Notes under the pieces: generated by a model
Database searches by the model: none
Told to the model about the DNA's origin: nothing
The model's input: the letters and a program-made list of their open reading frames with translations, nothing else
In this document: piece by piece, positions 9,153 through 16,759 of the stretch
Layout of the letters: the number at the start of each line of letters is the position of its first letter
Position numbering within the stretch: the first letter of the stretch is position 1
Assembly (NCBI GenBank): GCA_036677065.1
Contig: JAKFBS010000001.1
Location: 616,137 to 640,136, forward strand
From: Bdellovibrio sp.
Lineage (GTDB): Bacteria; Bdellovibrionota; Bdellovibrionia; Bdellovibrionales; Bdellovibrionaceae
Direction of reading: 5' to 3'
Length of the DNA stretch: 24,000 nucleotides
Made by a program: the position numbers and the translations under genes

Positions 9153-10378
9153 ACGTTCGCCTTTTTTGCATGATCTGGAAGATCTTTAAAAATCATAAAA
9201 ATAATCGTTAATGCAAATAGCGTGAAAGCGCCAGCCAGTAAAAATGGAGATCCTTTAAATGCGCTTTGTAGCAAAAAGCCGCCAATCGGTGGCCCAATGA
9301 CTCGGCCTAACGCCGATAAACTTTGCGTTGTTCCCATAGCTAAACCTTGTTCTTCTGGGGGAACAAGAAGAGAAACACTTCCCATAAAAGCAGGGTTGGT
9401 TAATCCATGGCCTAACGATAACAGGGTCATCGTAATACCCATAGCCGGAATACTTGGCGCAAATGCAATTCCTGCAAGTCCTAAACCTAATAAAAGTAAT
9501 CCCAGACAAAGAACTTTCTTTTCGCCCACTTTAGGTAAAAGGCGACGCACGAGAAAACCCTGCGTGAAAACAATGATTACACCGATGTAAGCAAATCCAA
9601 AACTGACTTCTTTGATGTTCCAGTTAAAAACTTCTTTCATGTAAAGCACTAAAGAAGATTCCATTAAAGCCATCGCCAGTGTTGCTAGCGCAAAGCAGGT
9701 CATCAATGGGCCGACAGTTTTAGTTTTGAAGTAACGAGCAAGGTGAGACAATTTTTTTGCTTTTTCAGCACTGTTTTTAGCGCGTGTTTCTGGGCTGATG
9801 GATTCTTTTAAATTAAAGTAAGCAAAAATAAATGTGAACAAACACAACAGCGCTACGCCAAAAGAAGAAAACCCTGCGATAAAACCCATGTCAGTAGACA
9901 TCGTTTCGGCCCAAATAGTTAAACCGCCACCGATCGCTGGTCCGAATAAAAATCCTAAACCAAAAGCTACGCCAATCACGGCCATACCCTTAGATCTATT
10001 TTCTGGAGTCGTCACATCAGAAACATAAGCCGAAGCCGTTGAAATCGATGCGCCAAAAAAGCCGGTTAAAATACGCGCGACAAAAAGCATTTCTATTGAA
10101 CGTGAATACGCTAAGACCAAATAAGAAATCATTTCACCCAAAAGGCAGTACATTAAAATGGGTCTGCGGCCGTAGCGATCTGATAGTTTTCCCCAAAACG
10201 GAGCAAAAATAAATTGCATCAAAGAATAAGACGCCATCAGTAAGCCGGCAATCCAAGGGGTTGCGCCGTAGTGAACACTTAAAAGGGGAATCACTGGAAT
10301 GATCATTCCAAAACCTAAAAGGTAAATGAAAACTGTGAAAAATATGACGATAAGTGGTTTTGAATTTGGGTTGCTCAT
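9149..10378 (-). CDS. MFS transporter (drug/sugar efflux type)
   Basis: GKLSDRYGRRPILMY, STASAYVSDVTTPENRSKGMAVIGVAFGLGFLFGPAIGG and about 12 hydrophobic segments. The start could be 10378 or 10414. ATGA overlap with the rhodanese start. Confidence 0.93.
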   Translation of the reverse strand: MSNPNSKPLIVIFFTVFIYLLGFGMIIPVIPLLSVHYGATPWIAGLLMASYSLMQFIFAPFWGKLSDRYGRRPILMYCLLGEMISYLVLAYSRSIEMLFVARILTGFFGASISTASAYVSDVTTPENRSKGMAVIGVAFGLGFLFGPAIGGGLTIWAETMSTDMGFIAGFSSFGVALLCLFTFIFAYFNLKESISPETRAKNSAEKAKKLSHLARYFKTKTVGPLMTCFALATLAMALMESSLVLYMKEVFNWNIKEVSFGFAYIGVIIVFTQGFLVRRLLPKVGEKKVLCLGLLLLGLGLAGIAFAPSIPAMGITMTLLSLGHGLTNPAFMGSVSLLVPPEEQGLAMGTTQSLSALGRVIGPPIGGFLLQSAFKGSPFLLAGAFTLFALTIIFMIFKDLPDHAKKANV

Positions 10379-10442
10379 ATTAGCCGATCTAGACCTTTGT
10401 CTTCTGCTTTTCATATATAAACTCGGTTACACTGGTGTGGCT

Positions 10443-11645
10443 ATGAAAAAAACATCAAATACACTGCGTTCTAAGGTTAATTTTGTCGTCCTAACGATGA
10501 CACTTTTTTCAACTGCTCAAAGCTGGGCGTTTTTTGATCCCTATCAGGTGTATCGCCCGCAAAGATTCGATTTGGCCGTAGATGCCCAATTTTATAAAAC
10601 CACAGCCAATTTCGATTCAGGTGGTGAAAAAATCGACTTACCTTTTGAAAATAGCTTTCAAATTATCGATGTGAATCCCCAATTACGCTGGGGAATGTTT
10701 CGTGACCTTGGGGTTCGTTTAGGCGCTAATATTGGCTCTTCTGAATCGGTTGATCCAATCAATACACGTAATAATTCTACAGTAAATCGTGTGGATGTCG
10801 GGGCGGATTACCAATTATTAAATTATGAATCTTTTCAAACGATCGTCGATTTTGAATATTCTCACCCTATGGAAAAAATCGATGTCGCCACTGATTCTTC
10901 GTTAAACAGTAACGGGGCTTCTGAAATTAAACCAACGCTGATCATGAGAATGGATTTAGGAAGTTTTTACCCGTACGCCTATTTGGGCGGAAACATTCGC
11001 AATGAAGGCTTATCAACACTATTAACTTATGGTGTTGGCGGAGAATTTCGTTTTTCAGAATTAGGGTTAGGCGCCGTTGTTGAAGGTTTTAGTTCGGTTA
11101 AGGATGATGAATTCACCAATTCGGCTTCACGCCGCGATCTGATCACGACACGCGTGAATGGTGGCAGTAAAAAGTTTTATTCAATCAATCCAAATGCATT
11201 AGCCGCAGAAGTTTTTTTAAATTTTGCCATGACAGAATGGATTAAGTTTAAAGCTTACGGCGGAGCTGATGTAACGGGATCAAATACCTCACAAGGATTT
11301 TTTGTCGGCGGTGCGCTGACATTGACTCTTGATTATGGCAATGGCAGCGATGATCTTGAAGAGCAACGCGTGATTCGTCGGTCACAGCGTCCGGCAAAGA
11401 AAGTAAAAAAACCAGTCGATAACGGTTTCAAAGAAAGCACTGATGATGGAGTAGACCAAAATTATTTTAAATCAGTAGATCCAAGTAATGATGATTACGT
11501 GCAACCGATTGAAGAAGAGCAGCAACAACCAGCACCCCAAAATGGAACCAGCTCTAGTGTTAACCCAAGTACACAAGGTGATTTGGATCAGCTCGGTTAT
11601 CAAATCAAATTAAAGAAACTTAAAAAGAAAAAGAAAAATCAGTAA
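10443..11645 (+). CDS. Predicted outer-membrane beta-barrel-like protein with charged C-terminal extension
   Basis: Internal ATG at 10443 (MKKTSNTLRSK...AQSWAFF) fits a signal peptide; alternating beta segments with Gly/aromatic residues; ends DQLGYQIKLKKLKKKKKNQ. Confidence 0.75.
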   Translation: MKKTSNTLRSKVNFVVLTMTLFSTAQSWAFFDPYQVYRPQRFDLAVDAQFYKTTANFDSGGEKIDLPFENSFQIIDVNPQLRWGMFRDLGVRLGANIGSSESVDPINTRNNSTVNRVDVGADYQLLNYESFQTIVDFEYSHPMEKIDVATDSSLNSNGASEIKPTLIMRMDLGSFYPYAYLGGNIRNEGLSTLLTYGVGGEFRFSELGLGAVVEGFSSVKDDEFTNSASRRDLITTRVNGGSKKFYSINPNALAAEVFLNFAMTEWIKFKAYGGADVTGSNTSQGFFVGGALTLTLDYGNGSDDLEEQRVIRRSQRPAKKVKKPVDNGFKESTDDGVDQNYFKSVDPSNDDYVQPIEEEQQQPAPQNGTSSSVNPSTQGDLDQLGYQIKLKKLKKKKKNQ

Positions 11646-11653
11646 GGCGCTTC

Positions 11654-11680
11654 GTGGCTATTTGCCACAGTAGCCTTTCT
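11654..11680 (+). terminator. Possible terminator after the outer-membrane gene
   Basis: GTGGC-TATTT-GCCAC and the overlapping alternative GGCTA...TAGCC followed by TTTCTTATT. Confidence 0.5.
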
Positions 11681-11762
11681 TATTACAATCATAACAAAAT
11701 AAATAATGACAAGTTTTGTAAGCCTTGATAGCTTGTCTCTATTCTATTGAAAGGAGAATCAC

Positions 11763-11846
11763 ATGATTACAAATATTAATACGCACGCCTTAGAGCAAAC
11801 ATTAGCCGTCGAAATGTCCGATTCTCCTATGGCACATCAATTCTAG
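11763..11846 (+). CDS. Putative 27-aa peptide or leader peptide
   Basis: ATG preceded by AAAGGAGAATCAC; encodes MITNINTHALEQTLAVEMSDSPMAHQF. Confidence 0.4.
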   Translation: MITNINTHALEQTLAVEMSDSPMAHQF

Positions 11847-11887
11847 CAATCTAGTTAGAATCAAAAAGAGAATCCAAACAAAATTAA

Positions 11888-11959
11888 AGAATGAATCGCG
11901 ACTGGCCGTCCGCGATAATTAACATTATCGTCAAAGCTCGTTGTGGGTTTTTTCATTCT
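11888..11959. promoter_or_regulatory. Nested and overlapping inverted repeats, putative structured leader RNA
   Basis: AGAATGAA(11888-11895)/TTCATTCT(11952-11959); ATCGCG(11895-11900)/CGCGAT(11911-11916); CGATAAT(11913-11919)/ATTATCG(11924-11930). Confidence 0.45.
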
Positions 11960-11997
11960 AAAATTTCAAAAAACAGATCAATTATTTTTATTTAACC

Positions 11998-12015
11998 GCA
12001 CTCGGAAACGAGCGC
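11998..12015 (+). promoter_or_regulatory. GNRA-capped hairpin directly upstream of the 83-aa ORF
   Basis: GCACTCG-GAAA-CGAGCGC, one A-C mismatch; followed by AAAAAGGATATTTT then ATG. Confidence 0.4.
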
Positions 12016-12029
12016 AAAAAGGATATTTT

Positions 12030-12281
12030 ATGAAAAACGCTAAAAATTATTTAGCATTATACGAAAATTGGGAAAATTCAAACGCGGAGGAGCTTTGGCG
12101 CCTTTGGAAAAGCGTTCTGAAGTGTATTAGCCTGATCGCTTACTCATTTCACGCCATCGTGAAACTAGCGATCGGGTTTTTATTAAATTCTAATTATTTA
12201 GTTAAGCACAACGAATTCGGAAAACTACCAGAAGAAATTTCTGGTAGTTTTTCTAACAATCAGAACTGGTATCGTAATTAA
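12030..12281 (+). CDS. Putative 83-aa small protein with a hydrophobic central segment
   Basis: ATG at 12030 with AAAAAGGAT upstream; MKNAKNYLALYENWENSNAEELWRLWKSVLKCISLIAYSFHAIVKLAIGFLL... The listed 112-aa ORF begins at a weaker GTG. Confidence 0.5.
   Translation: MKNAKNYLALYENWENSNAEELWRLWKSVLKCISLIAYSFHAIVKLAIGFLLNSNYLVKHNEFGKLPEEISGSFSNNQNWYRN
12131..12181 (+). terminator. Composite hairpin plus T tract inside the 83-aa ORF
   Basis: CCTGATCGCT/AGCGATCGGG outer stem with one wobble, inner TTTCACG-CCAT-CGTGAAA, then TTTTT at 12177-12181. Confidence 0.4.
12225..12252 (+). terminator. Intrinsic-terminator-like hairpin inside the 83-aa ORF
   Basis: CTACCAGAA-GAAAT-TTCTGGTAG (9-bp perfect stem) followed immediately by TTTTT; the stop codon is only at 12279-12281. 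Confidence 0.6.
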
Positions 12282-12302
12282 TGCCAGTTCTTTATCTACA
12301 CT

Positions 12303-12905
12303 TTACAAGTCTTGAGTTTTTAGGCCATTGTTTGGATTTACACCCTTAGAATGAATATCAGTTACGCCATTGGTATGAATATCAAAAAGAGTTTTAATCA
12401 GATCTGAATATTCTTCAGTCGTTTCTGCATAACGAGTTGTTGGATTGCCTGGTGACCATGAATTAATAGTTCCAACAGGTTCTTTGTTTTGTTTTAAGTC
12501 AGCCATTGAGTTATATAAATGTAAAATTGGAGTGTCGCAATAATTTGGAGATTTTTCAAAACGTTGAAAAATCTTACAGTAGCCAAGTTTGGCGTAAAAA
12601 ATTCTTCCTGGTTTAAGAATGCCCGCTGTTTTAGGTGGAGCTTTCATTTGAAAGTAGCCAGCAAATTTAGAGCCCTTATATTGAACTTCCTCTTTTGCAT
12701 AAACGAGCGCAAGATTCTGAATAGGAGCTTCGTTATCAAATCCAGTAATAGCCGAATTGACTCTAAGTTGAAGAACGCGATCGTAATTCGCTACACTTCT
12801 TTCAACATTTGTTTTTACAGGTTGTGCTGCTGATTGAGTGACCATTGGTTGATGTGCGCATGAAAATGCAAACACAGCGAATAAAGCAGATAATAAAAGT
12901 TTCAT
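12303..12905 (-). CDS. Putative lipoprotein of unknown function
   Basis: MKLLLSALFAVFAFSCAHQ lipobox-like sequence; GGAGAAA upstream of the internal ATG at 12905. Confidence 0.75.
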   Translation of the reverse strand: MKLLLSALFAVFAFSCAHQPMVTQSAAQPVKTNVERSVANYDRVLQLRVNSAITGFDNEAPIQNLALVYAKEEVQYKGSKFAGYFQMKAPPKTAGILKPGRIFYAKLGYCKIFQRFEKSPNYCDTPILHLYNSMADLKQNKEPVGTINSWSPGNPTTRYAETTEEYSDLIKTLFDIHTNGVTDIHSKGVNPNNGLKTQDL

Positions 12906-12997
12906 AAATTTTTCTCCGTTATACATCTTAGCGTTTAGCGCGAAAGACACATAGTCCAGATTAGGCAATGCCTAGAACAATGTCAGAGTTATAGATG

Positions 12998-13013
12998 AGC
13001 CCCCGAGGGGGCT
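12998..13013. terminator. GC-rich palindrome, possible terminator
   Basis: AGCCCCC-GA-GGGGGCT; only a short T/A tract. Confidence 0.4.
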
Positions 13014-13096
13014 TTCCTAAGATTGTGTTGTCGTACATGTTGTAAATCGTCTTGGGAGGGGCGATTTGGTTTTAGATTTTTTATTTTTTGTAAGAA

Positions 13097-13582
13097 CTAT
13101 TCAAGATCTATGTTTTGCATGCGCATTTTCGGCATGTAGGTTTCAGCTTGTTCTAATAATGACAAGTGGGCCTGAGCCATGGCTTTAAGATTGGCTTCGA
13201 ATTGCATTCTTGATTTTTTAAGATCAGAAATTTCAGTATAAATTTTACGTAAAGAGTCTTTTGCATCGCGCGTGATTGTTTCTGCCTTTTGTTGGGCGTC
13301 AGCAATAACTAATTTGCATTCGTGTTCTGCTTCTTGTTTCATTTGATCTGATAACTTAGTTGCTTGTGTGATAGCGCTGCGTAAGACATTATCGCGATCA
13401 CGAAATTCGTGAAGCTGTAATTCTTTTTCTTTAAGTTCTGCAGTTAGTGTTTGAATTTGTTGTGCAAGATTTTCAGTTTGCGCAGCAATAATCGTTAAAA
13501 AATTCACAACTTGTTCAGGATCAAAGCCCATCATCTTGCGATCAAAGGTCTTATTGATAATCTCAGTTGGGTAAAATTTCAT
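13097..13582 (-). CDS. divIVA: DivIVA domain protein
   Basis: MKFYPTEIINKTFDRKMMGFDPEQVVNFLTIIAAQTENL... followed by a long coiled coil; GGAGG Shine-Dalgarno. Confidence 0.88.
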   Translation of the reverse strand: MKFYPTEIINKTFDRKMMGFDPEQVVNFLTIIAAQTENLAQQIQTLTAELKEKELQLHEFRDRDNVLRSAITQATKLSDQMKQEAEHECKLVIADAQQKAETITRDAKDSLRKIYTEISDLKKSRMQFEANLKAMAQAHLSLLEQAETYMPKMRMQNIDLE

Positions 13583-13734
13583 TTAATTCCTCCATGAATC
13601 AAATTACGAACCCGTTGGTCTCTATTTAAGTATAGGCAATCCTTGCCCTAAAAAAAAGTCGAGTCCAAGGATGTGGTCATATCCTGTACCTTAGGAGGAG
13701 GACCTAAAGTCGTGCTGAATTGTGTCGTTTAAAC

Positions 13735-14580
13735 TTAGCTTAGACCTAAGTCTGTCTGGCGAGAGATTTCGCGTGAGCGAAGGGCTGCTTTTTCAAAGCT
13801 GATGCGTAAAGCGCGTTCGATCTCTAATTCGCGCATCGAATTTAAACCAGCGGCTGTAACCCCTTTTTTAGAAGTCACACGTTGTTGTAATTCTTCGATA
13901 TCAACACCTGAAGATTGAGCAGCTAATAAAGATGCGCCGACAAAAGTTTCAATCGTCATCACTTTAGCCTGTTCAGGGGTAAAGCCATGTTCAATGATCC
14001 AATCTTGCCAGTACATCATCATTTCAAAAACAAAGCCTGTACCGCTTGAACAAGAAATCATTAAAGCATCAAATTGGTCTTCAGTGTCTAATTCTAATAT
14101 TACGCCTAAGCCGGAAAACAGATCTTTCGTGATTTCAATAACCGCGACATCTTTTTTATGCGCCAGTAATCCTAAAACACCGCGACCAATTAATGATGGT
14201 GTGTTTGGCATAAGGCGAACTAGGCGGCCTTGCGGAATTAATTTTTCCAACGAGTGCATTGGGATGCCCGCAGCTAATGAGATGATGATTTGATTTTCAT
14301 CAAAAGCTGAAACTAAATTTGCCATCGCTGCAGGTAAGTCTTGCGGTTTCATTGCTAAAATTACGATGTCGCACTCTTCAACGATTTGTTCGTTATGTTC
14401 GCGAATTTCGATTTGATATAATTCTTTAAGCTTAAGGGGTTTACCCGGAGTGCGGTTCGAGACAAAAATTTGATCCGGTCTCATGAGTTTTGACTCAATG
14501 ATTCCTTTAATTAGGGCCTGAGCCATGTGTCCTGCGCCGATGAAACCAATTTTGTAAGACCGAAGTAAAGGATGAGTCAT
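13735..14580 (-). CDS. proC: Pyrroline-5-carboxylate reductase
   Basis: KIGFIGAGHMAQALIKGIIE Rossmann motif; VTSKKGVTAAGLNSM C-terminal signature; ATG at 14580 is more plausible than the listed 14676. Confidence 0.95.
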   Translation of the reverse strand: MTHPLLRSYKIGFIGAGHMAQALIKGIIESKLMRPDQIFVSNRTPGKPLKLKELYQIEIREHNEQIVEECDIVILAMKPQDLPAAMANLVSAFDENQIIISLAAGIPMHSLEKLIPQGRLVRLMPNTPSLIGRGVLGLLAHKKDVAVIEITKDLFSGLGVILELDTEDQFDALMISCSSGTGFVFEMMMYWQDWIIEHGFTPEQAKVMTIETFVGASLLAAQSSGVDIEELQQRVTSKKGVTAAGLNSMRELEIERALRISFEKAALRSREISRQTDLGLS

Positions 14581-14590
14581 ACTCGTTAGG

Positions 14591-15811
14591 CTACTGTATT
14601 TTTTGTCTTTCGCCAAATAAAACCGTGCCGATTCTGATCCATGTCGCACCTTCTTTGAGGGCGACTTGATAATCATGGCTTGTTCCCATTGAAAGTTCTT
14701 TAATTTGTAAGCGGTCAGCCAAGTTTTTTAATTTTTTAAAATGAATTTGATTGTCTGCAGCGTCGTTTTGCAACGGCGGCATGGTCATTAATCCTACGAT
14801 CTTAACATTTGAAAGCCGAGTCAGATTTTCCCATGCGGCAATAACGCTGGCTTCGTCAAAACCCGCCTTAGTAGCCTCGTTCGCAAGGTTGACCTGAATA
14901 AAAATCTTTTGCACATGGTTGATTTCTGAAGCCTTTTTTGAAACTAATTCGGCTAGTTCCAAAGAATCGATGGCATGTAAATAGGCAAAATTATTTTTTA
15001 AATATTTTACTTTGTTTTTTTGGATCGGGCCGATCAAATGCCACTCTAAATTTAAATCTTTTAAGGCTTCGATTTTTTCTAAAGCTTCTTGAATATAGTT
15101 TTCACCGAAAGCGCGCTGACCTTGGCTGGCTAAATCGCGAATTTTTTCGATCGGCTGAAGTTTGCTGACCGCCAGTAAATTCTGACCAGCAGAAAGCTGA
15201 GCTTTGATTTGCGCCAAAGGTGATTTTTCAAAAGTCCAATTTTTACCAGCAAATAATTTTTCTAAAGCTGTCAAAGGCAAGCCCACAACGTTGTTGTAGT
15301 CTCCCACAAACTTTTCCACAAATTTTCCGCCTAAACCTTGGATGGCGTAAGAGCCCGCTTTATCCATCGGTTCGCCGGTTTTGATGTAATCCCAGATGTC
15401 TTGATCAGCTAAATTTTTAAAATAAACCTGCGATGTCTCAATATGAGAAATAATATGACCATTACTTTGGTCCAGAAGAATGATTGCGGTTTTTACTTCA
15501 TGCATTTTGCCTGAAAGTTTTTTCAAAGTATTAAACGCATCCTGTTCGTTTTCAGGTTTTCCGATCGCTAAATTTCCTAAACAAACCATCGTGTCTGAAG
15601 CCAAAATAATACCGCCTGGATTTTTGTCAGGACATTGGTCCAGACAGGCCAGAGCTTTTCTTTTTGCGATGTCGATTATTTGCTCGTCTAAGCTTAGGTT
15701 TTCATTCGGGATTTCCGATATAAAGACTGGGAATGAGACAAAATAATATCCGGCTTTTTTTAGAATTTCAGCGCGGCGTGGAGATTGCGAAGCAAGGACA
15801 ATTTTTTTCAT
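14591..15811 (-). CDS. Fusion of Maf-family nucleotide pyrophosphatase (N-term) and YggS/PLPBP family protein (C-term)
   Basis: N-term MKKIVLASQSPRRAEILKKAG...ASDTMV...DKAGSYAIQGLGGKFVEKFVGDYNNVVGLPL; C-term LLAVSKLQPIEKIRDLASQGQRAFGENYIQEALEKI...LEWHLIGPIQKNK...MGTSHDYQVALKEGATWIRIGTVLFG. Confidence 0.93.
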   Translation of the reverse strand: MKKIVLASQSPRRAEILKKAGYYFVSFPVFISEIPNENLSLDEQIIDIAKRKALACLDQCPDKNPGGIILASDTMVCLGNLAIGKPENEQDAFNTLKKLSGKMHEVKTAIILLDQSNGHIISHIETSQVYFKNLADQDIWDYIKTGEPMDKAGSYAIQGLGGKFVEKFVGDYNNVVGLPLTALEKLFAGKNWTFEKSPLAQIKAQLSAGQNLLAVSKLQPIEKIRDLASQGQRAFGENYIQEALEKIEALKDLNLEWHLIGPIQKNKVKYLKNNFAYLHAIDSLELAELVSKKASEINHVQKIFIQVNLANEATKAGFDEASVIAAWENLTRLSNVKIVGLMTMPPLQNDAADNQIHFKKLKNLADRLQIKELSMGTSHDYQVALKEGATWIRIGTVLFGERQKIQ

Positions 15812-15841
15812 TCAAATTAAATTTAAACCAAAAGAGGATCT

Positions 15842-16747
15842 ATGGGTAGTGCTGAACTCATGTTATTTACCGGGCTCATCTTAGCGGGTGTGTCGGTTTA
15901 TCTTTTCATGACTTCCATTTTGGCGGGTAAACCCGGCGAAGCTCAATTGCAATGGGCGAGCGGCACTGAACCAGTTAAATCTAAAAATGGAATCATCAAT
16001 CTTTGTCGCCCGATGGTGCATCAGTTCACTCTGCAGCATGCGGCTAAATTTAAATCAGAACAATATCGTAAAAAAATTCGTCATCTGATTAAAACGGGCG
16101 GCATGTCGTCAGAGATGAACGAAGATGAATTTATCGGTTACCAATTGTTTTTAGGAATCGCGTTTCCAGTGTTTATTAACATCATGAATTTTTCTTTGGA
16201 TCTTGGTTTTTCGCCATTGATTCTTTGTATGCTTGGAGTGGTTGGCTGGTTTATGCCACAAATGCATTGTAAGGCGCAAAAAAGTGCCAGAGCCCTAAGT
16301 GTTCAGGCAGATATGCCATTTTTTATCGATCTACTTGCCTTATCAGTTGAAGCCGGTCTTGATTTTTTCGGAGCGATCCAAAAAATCGTGGATAAAGTTG
16401 CTGATCCAAATTCAGTTCTGGCTGATGAATTAAAAACCGTTTTGAAAGATATCAAAGTCGGTTCGTCAAAAACAGATGCATTAAAAGAAATGGCAGCCCG
16501 TTTAGACATGCCCGAGATCACAAGTTTCGTGGCGGTGTTAATCGATGCGGAAGCAACAGGTGCAAGTATCGCGCAAGTGTTAAAAGATCAATCGGTGCAA
16601 ATGCGTTTAGAACGGTTTGTGCGTGCAGAAAAAGCCGGGGCGCGAGCTTCGCAATTAATTTTATTACCATTAATGGGATTTATTTTACCAGCGGTATTTA
16701 TCATGGTGTTTGGCCCAGTGGTATTAGGATTTGTTTACGGAAAATAG
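15842..16747 (+). CDS. tadC: TadC-like type II/IV secretion (GspF-domain) inner-membrane protein
   Basis: DMPFFIDLLALSVEAGLDFFGAIQKI, EMAARLDMPEITSFVAVLIDAEATGASIAQVLKDQS...RAEKAGARASQLILLPLMGFILPAVFIMVFGP. Confidence 0.88.
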   Translation: MGSAELMLFTGLILAGVSVYLFMTSILAGKPGEAQLQWASGTEPVKSKNGIINLCRPMVHQFTLQHAAKFKSEQYRKKIRHLIKTGGMSSEMNEDEFIGYQLFLGIAFPVFINIMNFSLDLGFSPLILCMLGVVGWFMPQMHCKAQKSARALSVQADMPFFIDLLALSVEAGLDFFGAIQKIVDKVADPNSVLADELKTVLKDIKVGSSKTDALKEMAARLDMPEITSFVAVLIDAEATGASIAQVLKDQSVQMRLERFVRAEKAGARASQLILLPLMGFILPAVFIMVFGPVVLGFVYGK

Positions 16748-16759
16748 GAAATAGGGATT

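Noticed and set aside
9222-10028. + strand ORFs of 122 and 64 aa within the MFS gene
   Set aside because: Opposite-strand frames within a confident transporter gene; no domain-like features.
10326-10442. First 39 aa of the listed outer-membrane ORF
   Set aside because: Overlaps the divergent MFS gene; the ATG at 10443 directly precedes a signal-peptide-like sequence.
11888-11959. Possible integron attC or retron msr/msd element
   Set aside because: No core-site consensus recognised, and no integrase or reverse transcriptase in the window.
13994-14293. 99-aa + strand ORF within proC
   Set aside because: Antisense shadow of a well-recognised enzyme gene.
14581-14676. N-terminal 32 aa of the listed proC ORF
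   Set aside because: Overlaps the end of Maf-YggS; the ATG at 14580 fits the normal ProC N-terminus (KIGFIGAGHM).
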